Shown here one piece after another: positions 29,057 through 38,423 of a stretch of DNA of 55,523 nt. The stretch comes from a virus. Its lineage: Duplodnaviria; Caudoviricetes. Position 1 is the stretch's first letter. Each line of letters opens with the position of its first letter. The DNA lies in the IMG/VR virus record IMGVR_UViG_3300037462_000746, positions 1-55,523 of that record, one strand, 5' to 3'. The notes under the pieces are model-generated. The model made no database searches. It was given only the letters and a program-made list of their open reading frames with translations, and was not told the DNA's origin. Made by a program: the position numbers and the translations under genes.

Positions 29057-30145
29057 ATGGATTTTTTACCTAGAAAAGTTTTAACTGAAACCGAATATGC
29101 TGCGCAAAAGGAATCGCTTGATCCGTTAACTGGGTATGTCATCGTAAGCGATGGCGACCCGACCCAAGTTGTTTCATTTGGCGTTGGCACAACAACGTTT
29201 GCAACATCTTCAAGTGGAACTGCTCCAGGCAGTTCTACCTATATTACTAATACTGATGAAACTGCGGATCTTCCAAATTCATTCAATATTGGGGCGACCA
29301 ACTTAACTGTGGGCTCACAAAGTATTTTGATGAATAATCCGTTGGTTTTCAACGAAGGAAATCTGGTGGCTAATGTTTTGCAATCTTCTGACCCAGGATT
29401 TCTTTGGGTAGATAACGCAGGAGCTTTAAATCAAACTCGTAACATGAATTTCACTTCTACAGGAGGCCCACAAAATATTACTTGGAGTGGAGTAAATGTT
29501 TTTCAATGTGAAGCAAATGCATATGCGTTTAATGGAAATACCGTTGGTTCTGACACGGGGTTTGATGGTCCGACAATGACCATGAATTTTATTGAGTCTA
29601 ACGATGACGAAATTATTTTTAGAAGAAAAGTACCATCTACACCGTTAAAAGTAACTTACAGAACGGATGTGGAAGTAGACTTACAAGGAAATGTGTACAC
29701 TAATTTTACATCAGGCACAGGAACACATGTAGTCGTTGGTGCAGCCAATCAATTGTTTTTACAAACTTCCTCACGTAGGTTTAAAGAAAACATCACGCCC
29801 ATTGAAATTACAAGTGAACTTCTTACAAAAATCATTCGTCTTGAGCCAGTTACCTATACCTATAAGCCTACAGATAAAGCAATAGAGTTAAATGGTGAAG
29901 ATTTTTGCGAGAAGGAAAAGCAAAAAGTAACCGTAGGTTTAATTGCGGAAGAATTATATGAATTGTTCCCTAATTTGGTCAATTTGGACGAAGAAGGAAA
30001 GCCCTATTCTATTAACTATAGCGGTTTAACAGTCATTTTAATTAATGCAATTAAGCAACTTCATAAAGAAACTAGCTATTTAACTGATCGCTTAGAGGCT
30101 GTTGAAAATAAGTTACAAGAACTTAACTTAAATAAGACTAACTAA
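29057..30145 (+). CDS. Tail fibre/spike with C-terminal intramolecular chaperone (Peptidase S74)
   Basis: TSSRRFKENI...GLIAEEL...P.LV...INYSGL..ILINAIKQL; start ATG 29057 after AAAGGA. Confidence 0.85.
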   Translation: MDFLPRKVLTETEYAAQKESLDPLTGYVIVSDGDPTQVVSFGVGTTTFATSSSGTAPGSSTYITNTDETADLPNSFNIGATNLTVGSQSILMNNPLVFNEGNLVANVLQSSDPGFLWVDNAGALNQTRNMNFTSTGGPQNITWSGVNVFQCEANAYAFNGNTVGSDTGFDGPTMTMNFIESNDDEIIFRRKVPSTPLKVTYRTDVEVDLQGNVYTNFTSGTGTHVVVGAANQLFLQTSSRRFKENITPIEITSELLTKIIRLEPVTYTYKPTDKAIELNGEDFCEKEKQKVTVGLIAEELYELFPNLVNLDEEGKPYSINYSGLTVILINAIKQLHKETSYLTDRLEAVENKLQELNLNKTN

Positions 30146-30148
30146 TAC

Positions 30149-30250
30149 AAAAAGCGGAATCTTTTAGTTGCTTGCTAAAGAACATGGGATTCCGCTTTTA
30201 AATGCGTTGTTAAAAAGAAATCTAAACAACTTTTTAACAAAGGAGATCGC
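30149..30250 (-). ncRNA. Candidate sRNA 7 (5' anti-SD GAUCUCCUU)
   Basis: TTGCAT(30285-30280)-17-TATTAT(30262-30257); 11-bp hairpin; terminator GCGGAATC/GATTCCGC + U-run (bidirectional). Confidence 0.65.
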
Positions 30251-30286
30251 ATAAGGATAATATGTTAAAAAATTATTGGATGCAAT

Positions 30287-30389
30287 AAAAAAACCGCCAA
30301 CCTCAAGATATTAGATCACATATATAAAAAAAGGGGCGGTTGTGTCAAATATTATAAAAGAACCACTAAACATATAAATGTGAAATGGC
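30287..30389 (-). ncRNA. Candidate sRNA 8
   Basis: TTGAAT-16-(TGG)TAAGAT(30401-30396); hairpin at +1; terminator AACCGCC/GGCGGTT + U-run. Confidence 0.65.
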
Positions 30390-30425
30390 ACAATAATCTT
30401 ACCATACCATGGATTATATTCAACT

Positions 30426-30516
30426 AAAAAAAACCGCCTCTTAAAAAATCAAATAACAAAGGGAGACGGTTATATAAAATTAATATAAGTAAGTCATAGT
30501 AGTTTGAATCAACTAC
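30426..30516 (-). ncRNA. Candidate sRNA 9
   Basis: TTTACA(30551-30546)-17-TAAGAT(30528-30523); hairpin GTAGTT/AACTAC at +1; terminator AACCGTCTC/GAGGCGGTT + U-run. Confidence 0.68.
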
Positions 30517-30565
30517 ATATTTATCTTACCGTATAAGTAATACCTTGTAAAGGTAGTTTTCTCGG

Positions 30566-30606
30566 GACTATACTCCGGTAAACTCCGTATATTCCGGAGT
30601 ATAGTC
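30566..30606. repeat. Perfect 13-bp inverted repeat with internal ACTCCG repeats
   Basis: GACTATACTCCGG-15 nt-CCGGAGTATAGTC. Confidence 0.85.
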
Positions 30607-30629
30607 TTTAATTGTAGTTAATATATAAC

Positions 30630-32453
30630 TTAAACGCCCATTCTAGCCATCATCGAAGATTGCTGCGCTCTAATTTGTTCATAAATGTTATCATTCCCTT
30701 TAATTGGGTAGATGAGTTTCTTTTCCTGATTGTTTGCATAAATTACAAAATTTTCAGTATCGAGAAGCATCGTGATAATATCCACCGCATTTTGAATTGC
30801 CTCGATATTTACCTTTACAGGTTCTATGATACCTTCATTGAATAAGTTTACATTACTTGTTCCATAAAGTAAGTTAAAACCTTTCCAATCAGTGCTTTCG
30901 TTTAAAACGGGTTCATCTGTATGAGGGACATGATAATGATTAATAAAATTATCCACTTCAGTTGATGGAATGTGGTTTGTTTCCAACAAATGGCGCGTTA
31001 AATTAATTAAGGCATTTGAAACAATTTTCATACCCATTATAAATTGATCATAGGAATATTTATCTTCAGTAATTTTGCTTTCTACTTCCATTAATCGATC
31101 TAAGATGGAGTGAGCCGCTTGCATATAGGGTAACCCCCCTCCAGGCAATACGCCCCAGTCTCGGGCTACCATGACAGCGCAAATAGCGTCTTCGATGCGA
31201 TCTATTCTTTCGTTTCGTGCTTTTTCAGTGATTCCACCAAGTTCCAATATTGCTATACCATCGGACAATCTAGAAATTCGGTTTTTTAACGAGATTCTTA
31301 CTGCATCGTTGGTTTCTTTTTCACATTGTTGTTTTAATCCATCGCAAAAATCTTTAACCCGATTTCCTTCTTCAGGTAATGGAATAAGAATAGACTTTTC
31401 TTTATTAATCACTGCTTTTTTCAGGCGACCTAAATCTGAAATATTACACTGTGCTTTACCTGTTCCAAGACGTTTCAAAAACTTACCACCTATGCCTTGG
31501 CATCCTGAAATCATCGCAAGGTCTGTCATAAGCGCTTCGAGTTGTTCTGAATTCTCTGCTACATGATCAGCCTGAATCACACATGCATTGACTGCTTTAA
31601 ATGAATGTTGAGTTATAACCCATTCCAATATATCTTGTTTAATCTTTTTACAGATAATTAAAATATGCGGTATCTCAGTTCTGATTTCAGAACTTGCTTC
31701 CATGAGTAACCGTTGGTGGTGTTCTATAATTTGTTTGAAAATATTTTGAAGCTGAAAAACAGAAAAGATTTCGTCTTCAGTGACTAAGACATAAGGTAAA
31801 ATCAATTCGCTTGTCATCCGCTTGCTATTATTGATGAAGTAGTTACTCATAAACCCTTTCATCAACCCCATACCAGGTGATGTAAACAAATGAGTTTTTG
31901 TGGACTTGCTTTCTTCCACAAAAATATTTCCTGTCTCCCCCAAGATCTTCATGGCTTCGCGCAAATACCCAGAAATTTCAATATCATTATTTGAAGCAAT
32001 CAATGCTACTTTTTCTAAAATCTCAGGGTCTTTAGCCAAGATTCTTTTTTGCTTTAAAAACTCAATGGCATGTTCTGCTGCAAACTTCATCCCTCTTTTA
32101 ATATCGGGGTTCATTCGTAAAATAGGTGTGCCATCTTCGTTGCGCATTTCTTTATAAAGTTTTGATGCTAAAATAATAGCTGTTGTAGTTCCATCCCCTG
32201 CTCTTGCGACAGTATTTTGTGCAATGTCTTTTATATATGTTGAGGCAGAATACTCAATTTGATCTTCAAAAGTTATTTCCTTTGCAACCGTTACACCGTC
32301 TTTTGTGCAATGTAATTCACCATTATCCCGCTGAAGGCTTACATTATGTCCAGCTGGACCAAAAGTGCTCCCTACTGCTTTTGATAATTTTTCGATACCT
32401 GAATAAACTTTTTTATGCGCTTCTTCACCAGAAATGATCTCTTTGATGACCAT
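30630..32453 (-). CDS. groEL: GroEL-like group I chaperonin (divergent)
   Basis: TFGPAG.NV, TKDGVTVAKEI, AGDGTTTA, IEDAI, GVLPGGG, GIIEP.KV. Confidence 0.95.
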   Translation of the reverse strand: MVIKEIISGEEAHKKVYSGIEKLSKAVGSTFGPAGHNVSLQRDNGELHCTKDGVTVAKEITFEDQIEYSASTYIKDIAQNTVARAGDGTTTAIILASKLYKEMRNEDGTPILRMNPDIKRGMKFAAEHAIEFLKQKRILAKDPEILEKVALIASNNDIEISGYLREAMKILGETGNIFVEESKSTKTHLFTSPGMGLMKGFMSNYFINNSKRMTSELILPYVLVTEDEIFSVFQLQNIFKQIIEHHQRLLMEASSEIRTEIPHILIICKKIKQDILEWVITQHSFKAVNACVIQADHVAENSEQLEALMTDLAMISGCQGIGGKFLKRLGTGKAQCNISDLGRLKKAVINKEKSILIPLPEEGNRVKDFCDGLKQQCEKETNDAVRISLKNRISRLSDGIAILELGGITEKARNERIDRIEDAICAVMVARDWGVLPGGGLPYMQAAHSILDRLMEVESKITEDKYSYDQFIMGMKIVSNALINLTRHLLETNHIPSTEVDNFINHYHVPHTDEPVLNESTDWKGFNLLYGTSNVNLFNEGIIEPVKVNIEAIQNAVDIITMLLDTENFVIYANNQEKKLIYPIKGNDNIYEQIRAQQSSMMARMGV

Positions 32454-32517
32454 GATTTGTCCTTGTTTTTATTGTTACCAAGATCCATCTTAAGTAAAAA
32501 AATAATAAAATCAAACC

Positions 32518-33165
32518 TTAACTAACTTTAGGATTAATATTTTCATCAGTTTTACCAAGAAGATTTGTTTGCAAGGCAAGATTCGCCAAATCTTTCATCT
32601 TTTCAAAATGATAATCCGCTAAAGTCTGGTTTCGAAGCGCTAAAAACGCATAGTAATAACTTGCTTGAAGCAAAAGTGCTGGATACGTTTTGGTTAACCA
32701 GTTTTGTTGATTCGTTGAATCTAAGGGACTTATCAATATATGATATCTTAATGTATATGAATACACACCATTATTCGTTAAAGGTGCTCCGATGGGTGCA
32801 AAGAGGAAAAATTGGTCTTCCGCTTCATTGGAATAAAATTCAGGAATGCCTATGATAGAATCGTTGTTTTGGATAAGGCGTACGTAGCCGTAGTTGCGTC
32901 GTTTTAAAATATATGTTTTATTGTTTTCATCGGGGTTGGTAATAGATAAGGATACTGTATATAGCCAATCAAACGGTTTTTGTATTAAGTTAGCTCCTGG
33001 TGGGATTTCACCAAAAACAGTTTTCTCTGCTTGTAAGACGTTTAATCTAAGTTGAACTTCTGCGCATGCATCACGAATGATTTTTGGAATTTGAAGCACA
33101 AAATTAGGTTCATTTCCTTTGGTGGTAATAAATTTAATTTGCTCCACTAATTCATCATACGTCAT
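32518..33165 (-). CDS. Putative head-tail adaptor protein
   Basis: MTYDELV..I...; G.PEFY; NWL...YP.LLL pattern. Confidence 0.6.
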   Translation of the reverse strand: MTYDELVEQIKFITTKGNEPNFVLQIPKIIRDACAEVQLRLNVLQAEKTVFGEIPPGANLIQKPFDWLYTVSLSITNPDENNKTYILKRRNYGYVRLIQNNDSIIGIPEFYSNEAEDQFFLFAPIGAPLTNNGVYSYTLRYHILISPLDSTNQQNWLTKTYPALLLQASYYYAFLALRNQTLADYHFEKMKDLANLALQTNLLGKTDENINPKVS

Positions 33166-33806
33166 ACCGCACCTCGTGTATAGGATACACTTACTAGAGT
33201 ACTAACTAATTCGCTAACATTTAAGTATAAGGAGCTGTTAGGATTTAACAGGAGTGGACTTTCCAACAGCTGATAATCCTGTGCACCTGTGACTTGATTA
33301 GTGATTTGAACAGGGGATGTGAACGTTGGTGATTCAAGTAATAAGGATAATATATTAGAGGTCGTATTTGCGTAAACATATATACTCTTGATGTTATATA
33401 TATATTCGCTGACATTGCTCAAAATAACTGATGGACCAATGCTAGCTGTAGTGGTTGTATTGAGTTCAAATTTTGACGTTCCAACAAAAAGCGGATTTGT
33501 GGATGAACCCTCAATATAATATACAATCACATTAATGATATCGCCATTTGCAAAGTCCAAGGTATTAATCTTTAATGTTTTATCGAGTGAAAACACGGGA
33601 TACCCTGATTCAAGTGCATCTATGATTTCAGCAGAAACAATTTTAGAAAATAAAAATTTAGAGCTGTTACCAAATGCAATTCGACCCGTTCCACTTGTTT
33701 GAACGATTGCCGAAAATAAAAGTATATTTTCAGTTGTCCCAAGTGTGAGGGTGGTTTCAGTGTCAGAGCCTGATTGAGTAATAATTTTTTCAATGGATTT
33801 GATCAT
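33162..33806 (-). CDS. Putative virion protein with internal duplication
   Basis: 214 aa S/T-rich beta protein, coupled to adaptor gene. Confidence 0.5.
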   Translation of the reverse strand: MIKSIEKIITQSGSDTETTLTLGTTENILLFSAIVQTSGTGRIAFGNSSKFLFSKIVSAEIIDALESGYPVFSLDKTLKINTLDFANGDIINVIVYYIEGSSTNPLFVGTSKFELNTTTTASIGPSVILSNVSEYIYNIKSIYVYANTTSNILSLLLESPTFTSPVQITNQVTGAQDYQLLESPLLLNPNSSLYLNVSELVSTLVSVSYTRGAV

Positions 33807-33807
33807 T

Positions 33808-34092
33808 TTAGGGCCAGGGTAAAAAGTTTAATATCGGTCTTGGATTCATAACCGGTTCAGGGTCAAGGATGAGGCGAGGTGAAAGGTTAGCAGGCTGCGG
33901 TTCGTCTACAAACATCTCGTGGGCTAAAATACCCGTATTATAAAGCCCAGTTCCAGAATACTCAAGGTATGGTACCATGTCTTTCATATACACGACAAAC
34001 TTAGATATATCGCATTGACCTATCGGTGAAAAATCCGATATATCCTCGTTAAAGGACGTGTCGATAAAGGTTGAAGTGAACGAGTTGATCAT
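33808..34092 (-). CDS. Conserved phage protein
   Basis: CDISKF...D.PQP...P....DP.PV.NPRP pattern seen in podovirus structural modules. Confidence 0.6.
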   Translation of the reverse strand: MINSFTSTFIDTSFNEDISDFSPIGQCDISKFVVYMKDMVPYLEYSGTGLYNTGILAHEMFVDEPQPANLSPRLILDPEPVMNPRPILNFLPWP

Positions 34093-34134
34093 TTTTTTTT
34101 ATTTATTGTAACGCGTCTAGATCAGGAAAGAAAG

Positions 34135-34227
34135 AAAAAAACCTGCCGAAATACAAAACATGAAAGGCAGGTTGCGTTAAGTTAACGATATTTGATTAAG
34201 AATCTTTAATGATAATTCTCTAGATTC
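34135..34227 (-). ncRNA. Candidate sRNA 10
   Basis: TTGTTA(34262-34257)-17-TAAACT(34239-34234); hairpin GAATCT/AGATTC at +1; terminator AACCTGCC/GGCAGGTT + U-run. Confidence 0.68.
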
Positions 34228-34263
34228 ATCATTAGTTTACGTGTTTGCAGAACGTTTAACAAT

Positions 34264-34356
34264 AAAAAAACCCGCCAAAATAAGAAAAAAAAGGCGGGTG
34301 ACACTAAAAACAATCTTTACTTTGAAAGGTTTTTTAACAAAAATGAATAAAAAACT
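34264..34356 (-). ncRNA. Candidate sRNA 11
   Basis: TAGACC(34391-34386)-17-TAGTAT(34368-34363); 5' hairpin; terminator ACCCGCC/GGCGGGT + U-run (also ends the early operon). Confidence 0.55.
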
Positions 34357-34360
34357 ATAG

Positions 34361-34996
34361 TTATACTATCACATTATGTTTCTTAGGTCTACCTTTTTGG
34401 TTTTCCTTTCCAAAGAAATGACACCAATTTACCCATCCCTTATCTTTGTAAATTTTATAAGGTTGATAGGGTAAATTTCTGGGTCTTCTTCTACGGTAGT
34501 CTATGATAGATTTAATTCCTTTCTCAATAAGGTATTTTCTTGCTTTTTCGAACGGCAAAAACTGTTTACGATATATCCCATATCCATCTTTTTCACAAGG
34601 AATGCCGTTTTCATCGATCTTACCAAAAAAATGCATCCAACTCATCCATCCTTTGTTTCTATATTTTTCTCTTGGATTTGACGGCAAGTTATAGGGTTTT
34701 CGTGCGTTTTTAAATTGATTAATCGATTTTATATTATTCTCTCTAATCCACTTTTCCGCCTCTTTATAGGACATAAATTCTTTTTTATTAAACGCATCTT
34801 TATCTTTGCCCAAAAAATCAAACCAATTTGTCCAACCCTTTTTTTTATAAGCGTAAGCAGGGTCGTTAGGCATATTCTTAGGTTTGGTCATTTTCTTCCA
34901 TTCAACAGCGGTTTGCACTTCAAGGCTTTGTGCGAACATTTTGCAACGCTCAAAACTTATATATTTAGATTTCCTTTTTTTTCGTATTTTACTCAT
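34361..34996 (-). CDS. Protein with three integrase-repeat-unit (INT_rpt)-like domains, putative DNA binding
   Basis: 3x F/Y..A.....L.IKS......P.NLP..P...Y...GW..W..F.GK. Confidence 0.7.
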   Translation of the reverse strand: MSKIRKKRKSKYISFERCKMFAQSLEVQTAVEWKKMTKPKNMPNDPAYAYKKKGWTNWFDFLGKDKDAFNKKEFMSYKEAEKWIRENNIKSINQFKNARKPYNLPSNPREKYRNKGWMSWMHFFGKIDENGIPCEKDGYGIYRKQFLPFEKARKYLIEKGIKSIIDYRRRRPRNLPYQPYKIYKDKGWVNWCHFFGKENQKGRPKKHNVIV

Positions 34997-34998
34997 TT

Positions 34999-35673
34999 CT
35001 ATTTCCTCTTTTTTCTCCTTTTTGTATCGTCAGCAAAAAAAACTGATGTAATTCGTTCAGAATCAACTGATCCCGTTCGATCAAAAGACATCATCCACTT
35101 TAATACTTTAATGAGTTGACCAAAGGAATCAATTTCAAACTTACGTCCAAAAATCTTTGACTTCTTGGCATGCAAAAGCATCACCAGAATTGCTTTTGCA
35201 GATGGGTTCTGCTTAAAAATATTATGATTATCTGTCCCCAATATCTTAATTAACGCCTGTACCGTTGGTTCTTTGGTGGGTGGATAAGATAGATAAAAAA
35301 CAACAAACTTTGTCCAGTTGATCAAAGGAGTAGTTTTAAACTTTATCTCTTCAAATACCGTGTTTTCAAAGACATTAAATCGGTGACCCTCTATTTTCAA
35401 ATTTCCCACACATCGATAATAAGGAGCATCGCAAACATTAAAACCGATATCGGCTGCAATCGTTTCAGATTCGCACATAGGACAACTTATGCCAGTTGAC
35501 CATCTAGCATAGGTATACAAGTTATAAAGTTCTAAGGGTTTATATTCAAAATACTCTAAAATGTCATGTATTGGAATATCACTGAATTGTACGGATTCCC
35601 CGTCCAACTTAGAATCTACGGAATGCATCACATTTAATATTGATTGCGGTATGTTTTTAATTTCTTCATTCAT
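34999..35673 (-). CDS. IS1595-type zinc-ribbon domain protein lacking a DDE domain
   Basis: RW..G..CP.C...YRC...RFNV...TVFE..K..PL..W; only 224 aa. Confidence 0.65.
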   Translation of the reverse strand: MNEEIKNIPQSILNVMHSVDSKLDGESVQFSDIPIHDILEYFEYKPLELYNLYTYARWSTGISCPMCESETIAADIGFNVCDAPYYRCVGNLKIEGHRFNVFENTVFEEIKFKTTPLINWTKFVVFYLSYPPTKEPTVQALIKILGTDNHNIFKQNPSAKAILVMLLHAKKSKIFGRKFEIDSFGQLIKVLKWMMSFDRTGSVDSERITSVFFADDTKRRKKRK

Positions 35674-36168
35674 TTAAGCACTCCTTTCTAGGTTCATGTT
35701 GTTCTGAAACTCAAAGTAAAGATCTTCTAGAGTTGGAACGCACTGTTTAATAAAGGCTTTTATCAACCGGGTATCCAAAATATCATTGGCAGAAGGTTTT
35801 GCATAAAGGTTGGGATGATCATGTGCTAATTCATAAAAAGGAAGGGTTGGCAAGAGCACAACCTTTAGAAGGGTGGTTAATAAATTTGTCGAGCGCTCTT
35901 CCATTTGATGTTCAGTTTCACACCTGATTTCAAGATTAGATAAAGCTAAGGTTATCCCTTTTATAAACCCCATACGTAAGTTATCTTCAACAGCAAGTTC
36001 ATAAAATAAAGTTCTTACATTTTCATACATCTCTTTCAACACCGTCGGTGTACGGTGATAAGAAAGAGCATGCATAAAATTATTAAACGCCATAGGATTC
36101 TGAAAATCACTATTATAGTTCATTTGCCACTCTTTTTGTTGGTGGTGTTTGTAAAGCATATGTTTCAT
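35674..36168 (-). CDS. Hypothetical protein
   Basis: ORF in long leftward operon. Confidence 0.7.
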   Translation of the reverse strand: MKHMLYKHHQQKEWQMNYNSDFQNPMAFNNFMHALSYHRTPTVLKEMYENVRTLFYELAVEDNLRMGFIKGITLALSNLEIRCETEHQMEERSTNLLTTLLKVVLLPTLPFYELAHDHPNLYAKPSANDILDTRLIKAFIKQCVPTLEDLYFEFQNNMNLERSA

Positions 36169-36193
36169 TCATTTTCCTTTCAAAGTTAAGTGT

Positions 36194-36706
36194 TTAAGTT
36201 TGCACCAAATTATAGTCCTGTTGTTCAACATATTCTTTGTACCAAAGCATATTGAGTTCTGATTTCTCTACAGGACTAACTAATAAATACCCTTGTGTAT
36301 AATAAAGGTATGTATTGTTTAACAATAACCGAGTTCCTTTTCTTGTTTTTAGATGTTTTTGTCCAACGATTAATAAATATTGGAGTCTTCTTATATTCAA
36401 GTTAATGCGTTTGTAGGGTCGAATGTTGAACAGTAAAAGATATCTTTCGTCAATATGAAACAACCCCCTTTCATTAATTGAAAATACATAATCACCAATC
36501 CTATGGTTTAATTCCGATAAAAACTCTTTTAAAAATTCATCCGACAGGCGGCTTTTCTCAGTTGTGTACTTATAGATGTTTTTTGTAAACTTTCCAGAAA
36601 TAGTATCTGTCACGGAAAATTTAACCCCGTATAAGTCTTTGTGTTTCAAAAGCCTAAAATCGATCAATTCTACGATAAACGCGTTATAAAAGTTCCCTTC
36701 GATCAT
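36194..36706 (-). CDS. Hypothetical protein
   Basis: ORF in operon, ATGA coupling. Confidence 0.7.
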   Translation of the reverse strand: MIEGNFYNAFIVELIDFRLLKHKDLYGVKFSVTDTISGKFTKNIYKYTTEKSRLSDEFLKEFLSELNHRIGDYVFSINERGLFHIDERYLLLFNIRPYKRINLNIRRLQYLLIVGQKHLKTRKGTRLLLNNTYLYYTQGYLLVSPVEKSELNMLWYKEYVEQQDYNLVQT

Positions 36707-37248
36707 TTTCCTACCGTATTTATAGCTTTTAGCATTTTCTTTTTAGCCTTGTTACGCTTGGAATCACTTTTCATATTATCTAAATATACATCAAAAATGT
36801 TCAGCTTTTTTTTATCTTCGGTGTAACGAAAATATTGATAGGAAATAGAAATAATAATTCTTTCATCCAAAGCTGCTTCAGCCCTTTTTTCAAATTCTTC
36901 TACTGTCATCGAATCCCACCAATCTTCTCTGTCGGGTTCGTTCTCCATTAAAACAGTATATTTGATAATATAATTACCTTGCTTTTTAGCTAATTGATTT
37001 CGAACATCAAAATGATCATCGTCCATTTCTTCTGACATTTTTTCTGAAAAAACAAAACATGTAATGTCTTTCAAAAAATCTCTCATAGAAGAGTAATTCT
37101 GCACTTCATCGAGACTCAAAGAACATTTTACAATCGCATTCCAAAACATATCTTTGAAAAAATAATCCAACTCCAACTTAACCATGCCATTGTTTTTTTC
37201 GTATGCGATGTATTCAACGTTTTTGATATCAATTAATCTCAGTTGCAA
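36703..37248 (-). CDS. Hypothetical protein
   Basis: TTG start after GGAG. Confidence 0.7.
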   Translation of the reverse strand: MQLRLIDIKNVEYIAYEKNNGMVKLELDYFFKDMFWNAIVKCSLSLDEVQNYSSMRDFLKDITCFVFSEKMSEEMDDDHFDVRNQLAKKQGNYIIKYTVLMENEPDREDWWDSMTVEEFEKRAEAALDERIIISISYQYFRYTEDKKKLNIFDVYLDNMKSDSKRNKAKKKMLKAINTVGK

Positions 37249-37253
37249 TTTAC

Positions 37254-37568
37254 TTACTCCGTTGAATTAAATAATTCATGCAAAATTTCTTCCATTTCTA
37301 CACATTTTTGCCTAATCCGTTCACAACGTACTTTAATTTCTTGTTCTGCGATCATCTTATTATCTCTGTGCTTTTCGCAATAAAAAACAATCTCAGATTT
37401 TTCGTGTTGTATGTCATTTATCTTATGAAATACTTTTAATCGCATTTCTAAAATTTCGTACTGCTTTTGGAGAATTTCAAGGTCTGCTTTTAATTGCGTT
37501 AACATTTCCATTCTCTTGTGCATAATCGCCTTCAGCTTTGAATTTTCCTCAGTCATTTCCCTTCTCAT
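37254..37568 (-). CDS. Hypothetical coiled-coil protein
   Basis: ORF in operon. Confidence 0.65.
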   Translation of the reverse strand: MRREMTEENSKLKAIMHKRMEMLTQLKADLEILQKQYEILEMRLKVFHKINDIQHEKSEIVFYCEKHRDNKMIAEQEIKVRCERIRQKCVEMEEILHELFNSTE

Positions 37569-38400
37569 CGTTGGCTTCTCTAATAATTTTGTTTCCTTTT
37601 TCGTCTAATTCTATCCCCAAAGAGTCTAGAACCTTAGGCTTTAACTTTGCAAAGTCTTTTCTAAAATCTAACTTCCTAAATTTAATATTTTCAATCTTAT
37701 GTAGGGGCTTATGATCATCACGGTATATTGCATCATGGTCATAGTATTCGTCATAATCATACCAAACATCCTTCCAATATAAAGCGCTTTTAAACGAGTC
37801 AAAGAGTTCTATTGCGTTCAAATAATGTTCGTAAAATGGGGAAAACAAACTTCCAAAATCATCATAAGTAACTTTCCACGCATTAACTATTTCTGGCTCT
37901 GCATTCTCTTGGAATCCAGGTATAAATGTTATTTCTAGATTACCTTCTATAATATGTTCTATAAGTGAAAATACCCCTTTGGGCGTGTTGAACAAACAAA
38001 AGTATAAGAAGTTAGAAAGTGCATATAAAAATGAACCTTTATTTATATCATCTTTCTCTTCACCTATTCTCCACTCTTGATCCGTTTGACCCTGAATATG
38101 CTTAAAACGCTCAAAAGCATTTTCAATTTCGAATTTTTCTTCTACTAAAAAAACGCGATCATAAAGCAAAAAAATTTCTTCATTTGCTTCCATTTTCTGT
38201 TCTGCCAATATTTTTTTTAGGGCGTACCGATTTATCCCAAAGTCAGGGTATAGCCCTTTTAGGATTTTTAAACTTTCTTCATCGTGAACTAATAACATGA
38301 ATTGAGCTAAAGGCTTCTTATTTTCATCGATTAAAAGATTCAAAACTACTGTTAAGTTAACATTAGGTATGTTCTTTGGTTTAAGTATTTCGTTTGTCAT
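37549..38400 (-). CDS. Hypothetical protein, early family B
   Basis: N-terminal V.L.VVL / FML...D..S..IL pattern shared with neighbours. Confidence 0.7.
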   Translation of the reverse strand: MTNEILKPKNIPNVNLTVVLNLLIDENKKPLAQFMLLVHDEESLKILKGLYPDFGINRYALKKILAEQKMEANEEIFLLYDRVFLVEEKFEIENAFERFKHIQGQTDQEWRIGEEKDDINKGSFLYALSNFLYFCLFNTPKGVFSLIEHIIEGNLEITFIPGFQENAEPEIVNAWKVTYDDFGSLFSPFYEHYLNAIELFDSFKSALYWKDVWYDYDEYYDHDAIYRDDHKPLHKIENIKFRKLDFRKDFAKLKPKVLDSLGIELDEKGNKIIREANDEKGND

Positions 38401-38423
38401 TTTAATTCCTTTCATGACATTGG

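Noticed and set aside
30149-30551. Stacked hairpins as merely redundant terminators for convergent genes
   Set aside because: Explains one terminator per cluster but not correctly spaced -35/-10 boxes after each U-tail, +1-anchored hairpins, or terminators on the strand opposite flanking genes (7692, 15915, 45014)
34999-35673. Active IS1595 insertion sequence
   Set aside because: Only the zinc-ribbon part is present; no DDE domain, terminal inverted repeats or target duplication seen
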